Position numbers and translations under genes: made by a program. From contig OY761556.1 of assembly GCA_963664705.1 (NCBI GenBank), forward strand, positions 1,472,001-1,536,000: a DNA stretch of 64,000 nt, given 5' to 3'. This DNA comes from Acidobacteriota bacterium. GTDB lineage: Bacteria; Acidobacteriota; UBA6911. Under the pieces are notes generated by a model that worked only from the letters and a program-made list of their open reading frames with translations, had not been told where the DNA came from and ran no database searches. This document shows, piece by piece, positions 58,756-64,000 of the stretch (position 1 is its first letter; each line of letters begins with the position of its first letter).

Positions 58756-60261
58756 ATGTATTCCGACGACGATATCCGTACCTGCATCCGTGTACTCCAT
58801 GATCTGATATCCGATCCCGATGCCTTTGCGCGGCTTACGGAATCCGAACGCATAGAGCTTCTGCATGTGGCCGGACTTCTTTCCCGTCCGGACCGGGAGT
58901 CTCTCAAAAAAAGAAGCAAGGCCATTCGGAAGGAGATGCGATCCGCAAACACCCGGATAGAGCGCGCGGCTCGGGCTGCCACCGGCATCCGGAGCGCCAG
59001 GGAAGCAGCCGTATTCGCGGCACCCCGTATGCTCTCCGCGCCTGAAATCCCACACAACGTCGTGGAACTGAACTCTCCCCGCAACTGCTATATCTGCAAG
59101 GCCGAATTTACCAGGCTCCATTTCTTTTACGATGCGCTCTGTCCGGAATGCGCAGAGTTCAATTATGCCAAACGGTTTCAGACGGCGGATCTCAACGGAC
59201 AAACCGCACTCATCACCGGCGCCCGCGTGAAGATCGGGTACCAGGCAGCGCTCATGATGCTCCGCGCTGGAGCCAGGGTGATCGCCCTTACGCGGTTTCC
59301 CGCGGACGCAGCGCTCCGCTATTCGAAGGAGGAGGATTTCCCGAGCTGGAGCGACAGGCTTCAGATCTTTGGGGTGGATCTCCGCCACACGCCGAGCGTG
59401 GAAATTCTTGCGCGGCATATTGAGGAAACCGAAAACAGGCTCGACATTCTCGTTAACAATGCGGCTCAGACAGTCCGGCGTCCCCCCCAGTTTTATGCGC
59501 ATCTTCTTGAAAATGAACGCCACGGCCGTTCGATCCTTACAGCCGCGCAACAGGATCTTCTCGCGGGATATAGCGATTGCGTGCGGAGGCTGGGAACGGA
59601 ACCTGACCGGGCCAATCTGCCGGTCCGGTGGCAATCGAGAACGCCGGGAATTGGGATTTCCCGATCCGCGGAGCTGTCGCAAATCGCCTATGAACACGAT
59701 CAGTCGCTCGAACTCGAAACGGTTTTTCCGGAGGGGAAACTGGATGCCGACCTTCAGCAGGTGGATCTTCGGAATGTCAACAGCTGGAGACTGAAACTGG
59801 GCGATGTTAAAACCTCGGAGATGATCGAGCTCCAACTGGTAAACGCGGTCGCTCCCTTTGTGCTCTGCAACAGGCTGCTGAATCTCATGAAACGCGACTT
59901 CACAGGCTGCAAGCACATCGTGAATGTCTCCGCCATGGAAGGTAAATTCCTCCGATTTAAAACGAATGGCAGGCATCCGCATACCAATATGGCAAAGGCT
60001 GCCTTGAATATGCTGACCCACACTTCGGCGTCGGATCTGGCCGGCTTCGGCATTTTCATGAACGCCGTGGATACGGGCTGGGTAACCGACGAAGATCCGG
60101 TTCTGCTTGCGCAGCGGAAACAGGAATTGCATGATTTCCAACCGCCGCTCGACATCGTGGACGGAGCCGCACGCGTTTGCGATCCGTTTTTCGACGGCAT
60201 CAAGTCAGGCACGCACTGGTGTGGGAAGTTTTTGAAAGATTACAGGCCGATAGACTGGTGA
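58756..60261 (+). CDS. Atypical SDR oxidoreductase with N-terminal Cys4 motif
   Basis: CYICK..CPEC; [15 protein letters not shown]; HPHTNMAK in place of YxxxK; start uncertain. Confidence 0.88.
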   Translation: MYSDDDIRTCIRVLHDLISDPDAFARLTESERIELLHVAGLLSRPDRESLKKRSKAIRKEMRSANTRIERAARAATGIRSAREAAVFAAPRMLSAPEIPHNVVELNSPRNCYICKAEFTRLHFFYDALCPECAEFNYAKRFQTADLNGQTALITGARVKIGYQAALMMLRAGARVIALTRFPADAALRYSKEEDFPSWSDRLQIFGVDLRHTPSVEILARHIEETENRLDILVNNAAQTVRRPPQFYAHLLENERHGRSILTAAQQDLLAGYSDCVRRLGTEPDRANLPVRWQSRTPGIGISRSAELSQIAYEHDQSLELETVFPEGKLDADLQQVDLRNVNSWRLKLGDVKTSEMIELQLVNAVAPFVLCNRLLNLMKRDFTGCKHIVNVSAMEGKFLRFKTNGRHPHTNMAKAALNMLTHTSASDLAGFGIFMNAVDTGWVTDEDPVLLAQRKQELHDFQPPLDIVDGAARVCDPFFDGIKSGTHWCGKFLKDYRPIDW

Positions 60262-60454
60262 AGGAAAAGAAGGCAGGAGACATGACAAAGCAGGATTAAT
60301 CATCGGTGAATGCACGCCACAGGCCGGAAGCACAGACTAGTTCACTGGAGCAGCATTCCCTGCATTCTCCACCAGGCAGAGATAATCGTGAAAAGCGCAT
60401 CCGCCCGTGATGGACACAACGGGCGGGATGCCTTGTTCGAATGCTATTTGACGA

Positions 60455-60655
60455 TTAGTTCGCTGTCGTGCCGTCGCGACCATTGGGGCCACCCGGGCCA
60501 GCCAGGGATTGGATTAAGCGTACCACTTCATCGATACCTAACTTCGTTTGCAGCGCGGTTACCTGATCTACCGTCAATATTTTGATAACACTCACGGCAA
60601 AATCAATCTCGGCGGCCTCTCGCGTCAACGCTTCTGCGCTCCTCTCATCCTGCAA
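60455..60655 (-). pseudogene. Possible 5'-truncated gene remnant (LTxxQ motif)
   Basis: Protein-like helical frame with ILTVDQ; upstream in-frame stop and no convincing start. Confidence 0.3.
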
Positions 60656-60883
60656 AAAATGGGAATGGCGTTAAATTATTGTTAACCCGCTGTTCTTGAA
60701 TTCATCGCATCACCCTGTTGCATCAACGCTCAACGGAAGCTGGACGGATATACAAGGAAGGCTATCTGAACCATCCGGTCTTTCTGGTATGCTGTGCAAT
60801 CAGATATGGACTATGGAATCTGAACGGTGCCGCAATGCTGTGTTGGGGCATGTATCCTTCGATTGCTTTAGTGAGAGATCTTA

Positions 60884-62368
60884 ATGCGCGTAATGCTGAT
60901 CAATCCCCTGAGCGGCTGGTTTAAATATGACCCGATGGGGATGCCTCCGCTCGGTGTGTTGACTGTTGCCGCCAAACTTCGGCGGGAAGGGCATGAGGTT
61001 GTTTTCGTCGACCGCAATGCGCAGGCTTTCGGGAACAAAGAGAATGGCGCTTTTGCCGGCGGGCAGGATATTGATCTCATCAAAGCTCTCGATAAAAGGA
61101 CCCGGTCTGAGGTTTCCCGGTTTAAGCCCGACATAGTGGGTCTCACTGTGATGACCAGCCAATTGCGCGATGCGCGACATGTTGCGGATTTGGCGCGATC
61201 TGCATGCCGCAGCCAAACTTTGATTGTTGCCGGAGGTTACCATCCGACTTCTGAGCCGTTGACCATATTTCGCGATATCCCAAGCCTGGATATTGCCGTT
61301 CGGGGCCAGGGAGAGTTCGCCATGACTTTACTGGCCGATGGGCTGCCACTCGGCAAAATTCCAGGCCTGACTTACCGGGCTGCGAGGCGAGAGGATCGGA
61401 GCGTTTTGAGTTTTTTCCGCAGGCGGCGATCCGAGTTAAGTCCGAGCTCAATTCTCAGCACAGCGGACGGGCCCTGGTCCAAAGATCGCTTTTTTACAGT
61501 GCGTCCGGCGCGAGATCTCCTGGACAAGTCCTATTACCAGCGCGAAGGGGACGGTGTTATCAATTGCTATTACTTCCGGCAGCCGGCATCGATTATTTCC
61601 TCGAGAGGCTGCCCCAAACGCTGCGCGTTCTGTGCCTCCGTGCTGATGGAAGACAAGCTGTTTTTTAGTCCCGTTGAGGCATTGATCCAGGAAATCGAAG
61701 AACTGGTCGACAACGGCGTAACGGGCCTGTTTTTTTACGATATCAATTTTCCGGTGTATCGGAAGCGCGCGCGATCCTTCTGCTCGGCCATGGTCGAGCG
61801 TGGCCTGGCGGACCGGGTCAAGTGGATTGCCTGTGCCTCAGCCGACGATCTTCCCTATGAATTGTTGCCTGATATGAGACGGGCGGGCTGCATAGGGATC
61901 GTTTTTGGTTTCGAGTCCGCATCGCAGCGCGTGCTGGATATTCTCGGCAAACGAACGGCCGCCGAACTGAACCAGAAGGCGGTCGATGCATGCAAAGCCA
62001 ACGACATCCGGCCGCAATCCGGCTTCATTGTGGGGGTTCCGGGAGAAACCGAAACGGATATTCGGATAAGCCTGGATTTTATTGCAAAAAACAATCTGCT
62101 GAGCAGTCTTAACCTGCTGCTCCCCTTGCCTGGGACTCCCATCAACAAACAGTTGCGGGAGATGGGAAAACTGAATTGTGAAGATCCTGATTACTGGGGA
62201 TTAATCGCTGATACGAATGCGCCCATAATACCGTCGCGCGTTTACAATGATTTGCCGTTCGATCATTTTATGGAGCTTTATAATTACGGGATGCAGACGG
62301 TTTGTGCCCCTACATGGAAGACCGTATTTGCTGATAGACCGTCTGTCCCCAAGCCGGCGGATAAGTAG
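60884..62368 (+). CDS. B12-binding domain radical SAM protein (class B methyltransferase-like)
   Basis: PPLG, GGYHPT, SRGCPKRCAFC, GFESAS, G.PGET, PLPGT. Confidence 0.92.
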   Translation: MRVMLINPLSGWFKYDPMGMPPLGVLTVAAKLRREGHEVVFVDRNAQAFGNKENGAFAGGQDIDLIKALDKRTRSEVSRFKPDIVGLTVMTSQLRDARHVADLARSACRSQTLIVAGGYHPTSEPLTIFRDIPSLDIAVRGQGEFAMTLLADGLPLGKIPGLTYRAARREDRSVLSFFRRRRSELSPSSILSTADGPWSKDRFFTVRPARDLLDKSYYQREGDGVINCYYFRQPASIISSRGCPKRCAFCASVLMEDKLFFSPVEALIQEIEELVDNGVTGLFFYDINFPVYRKRARSFCSAMVERGLADRVKWIACASADDLPYELLPDMRRAGCIGIVFGFESASQRVLDILGKRTAAELNQKAVDACKANDIRPQSGFIVGVPGETETDIRISLDFIAKNNLLSSLNLLLPLPGTPINKQLREMGKLNCEDPDYWGLIADTNAPIIPSRVYNDLPFDHFMELYNYGMQTVCAPTWKTVFADRPSVPKPADK

Positions 62369-62411
62369 CGAAGCCGTTGGTCCGGATGGATGCATCGGAG
62401 GCTGAAAAGGA

Positions 62412-63653
62412 GTGGAGATGGAGGCAGGAAATACTGGCGCGCGCCATTTCGACGCGGAGCGTGCACGAAGCTATTGGCGTTACGCGCCGTCGGGGTTGGG
62501 CAAGCATGACACGCGCCTGCTGGCTACATTACCTGATACGGAATTGCTGCAGATCTGGAATGATGCCTTTATCGCTCGATTCCGCGGCTATCCGGAGGAA
62601 GATATTTTCGCTCAAATTGCAGCGCAGGATTTTGCCAGCCGCCGCATACTGTCCATCGGATCGGGGCTTGGATTTCATGAGGTCCTCTATGCCTCCAGAG
62701 GTGCTGAGGTCACCTGTGCCGATATTGTCGAAAGCAACCTCGCGGTAATCAACCGCATTGCTTCATTAAGGGGCGTGGCCGATCGAATCAAGACCCTGTA
62801 CTGCGCCGATAGCTCCGAGGCGGTGTACGGCGGCCCCTATGATGTCGTGTTTATTTATGGTTCGCTGATGGTGATGCCTGAATCCATGCAGCGAAACCTG
62901 TTGGCTCGCGCAAAGGCCTCTTTGACGCCGCGCGGCCAAATGATCCTGATGCTTTACACATGGCAATTTGCTCGAAGCACCTGTGGATGGGATTCCCCTG
63001 AGCACTTTGACCCTCTGGTTTTTGCCCGGGCTTCAGATCCAAGCGTGGGCGAGGAGCATTGTCCTTGGTCCGACTGGCATGATGATAGGAAGGTGCTCGA
63101 GTTGGTGGGTTCTGATATGGCGATTGCACGCCGCCAAACCTGGAACAATGCACTTTATATCTGGTACCTTTTGCAGCCTGGCCCGGCGCCGCAAAGGATC
63201 GAGCCTTTTTACAGCCTGTCCGAAATTGTAGCCCGGATGAGCCGTCGGCTTGATCTAAGCCCGAACCAATGGAACGCCTATGCGGCCAGTTCAAAAGTCC
63301 GCAACTCCGATGTCCTGGTCCACACCCAGAAGAATACCGCAAGTTACGCGTTGGGGTCGGCAACATTGAGCCGGGATGCCGATGCGGGCGGAGCAAATTG
63401 CATCTGCATGGATGTCAGCGTTCATGAAGGAGCGTTGTCCATTGGCATTCTTGATGCCGATTCCCAGAAGTTCGTTGCCTCCCAGATCATCACACAACCG
63501 GGGCGACAGACGGCGTTGATTGCATCCGATCTGCCGGAACGTTATCAGATCATTATTTCGAATTTCCGGCCGGAAGCGGCCGCCGTTTCGGTATTCACGA
63601 TTCACAAAGTCACAGCGGGTTGCCATCCCTGGCTATCCGTGCAAGGATTCTAA
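62412..63653 (+). CDS. Class I SAM-dependent methyltransferase with C-terminal extension
   Basis: ILSIGSGLG, VTCADI, YDVV, LTPRG motifs; AAGGAG RBS. Confidence 0.85.
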   Translation: MEMEAGNTGARHFDAERARSYWRYAPSGLGKHDTRLLATLPDTELLQIWNDAFIARFRGYPEEDIFAQIAAQDFASRRILSIGSGLGFHEVLYASRGAEVTCADIVESNLAVINRIASLRGVADRIKTLYCADSSEAVYGGPYDVVFIYGSLMVMPESMQRNLLARAKASLTPRGQMILMLYTWQFARSTCGWDSPEHFDPLVFARASDPSVGEEHCPWSDWHDDRKVLELVGSDMAIARRQTWNNALYIWYLLQPGPAPQRIEPFYSLSEIVARMSRRLDLSPNQWNAYAASSKVRNSDVLVHTQKNTASYALGSATLSRDADAGGANCICMDVSVHEGALSIGILDADSQKFVASQIITQPGRQTALIASDLPERYQIIISNFRPEAAAVSVFTIHKVTAGCHPWLSVQGF

Positions 63654-63812
63654 ATGAAAGGCGCATGGACTCCACCGCCATGCTGGAAGTGCTGGTGCGA
63701 ATACCCGCAAGAACCAATCGATTTCGCTTTTTAAAATGGCACAAAAGATAGAATCAGCGGGAATCCGAGGCGTTTTTACGCCAAAATTTATAACTGGAAT
63801 GAAAAGAGCGCA

Positions 63813-64000
63813 ATGATGGATGCTGCGATCGAACTGATAAATGTAACCAAAACATTCGGCAACACGGTTGCCATTAAAAATTTGGACCTCGCGATCCCGC
63901 GAGGAGGAATTTATGGATTCATCGGCCCGAATGGTGCCGGGAAAACGACAACGATCCGCCTGATCATGTCGATTCTCTTTCCGGACTCCGGGTCTCTTTC
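63813..64000 (+). CDS. ABC transporter ATP-binding protein (partial, runs off window)
   Basis: MMDAAIEL.NVTKTFG...[15 protein letters not shown] Walker A. Confidence 0.88.
   Translation, partial: MMDAAIELINVTKTFGNTVAIKNLDLAIPRGGIYGFIGPNGAGKTTTIRLIMSILFPDSGSL

Noticed and set aside
58615-60141. 683-aa minus-strand ORF as a DinB fusion
   Set aside because: Upstream part is the antisense shadow of the SDR gene; only 58090-58614 has DinB motifs
1-64000. tRNA, rRNA, riboswitch, transposase or integrase
   Set aside because: None recognised by eye; a covariance-model scan of 49730-50020 and 60262-60883 would be needed to exclude ncRNAs

Overview
GC-rich bacterial chromosomal window, most consistent with an Acidobacteriota-like diderm anaerobe (inferred from gene order and the long LptC/LptA fusion; not proven). 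About 55 CDSs. Bases 1-17 kb are accessory metabolic and secreted genes (NAGPA, bfr, URO-D family, TPR, S1/P1 nuclease, LUD, Fe-S aldo/keto reductase, amidohydrolase, protealysin-like M4 protease, SWIM-SNF2 helicase, lipA). Bases 18-46 kb are housekeeping runs: nfeD-slipin-SPOR-lnt-prfB with a programmed +1 frameshift; lptC/A-lptB-rpoN-hpf-hprK-rapZ-EIIA-HPr-EI; FecR/DUF6600; msbA; yicC-gmk-rpoZ-coaBC-era-udg-priA. Bases 50-54 kb hold a four-gene operon (two non-canonical Ddl-like ATP-grasp ligases, a GNAT and a lysine 2,3-aminomutase) preceded by two tandem NrdR-box-like sites; this is the best candidate for an undescribed system. Then come pyrG-kdsA-kdsD, DinB, an atypical SDR, a B12-radical SAM plus methyltransferase pair and a partial ABC ATPase. 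Intergenic DNA is densely populated by several small repeat families: heptamer tandem arrays (often in inverted pairs and overlapping stop codons), nonamer hairpins, REP/MITE-like palindromic elements and a nested 251-bp tandem duplication with a dispersed homologue. No rRNA, tRNA, CRISPR array, transposase or integrase was recognised. All calls are from motif recognition by eye; no searches were run.
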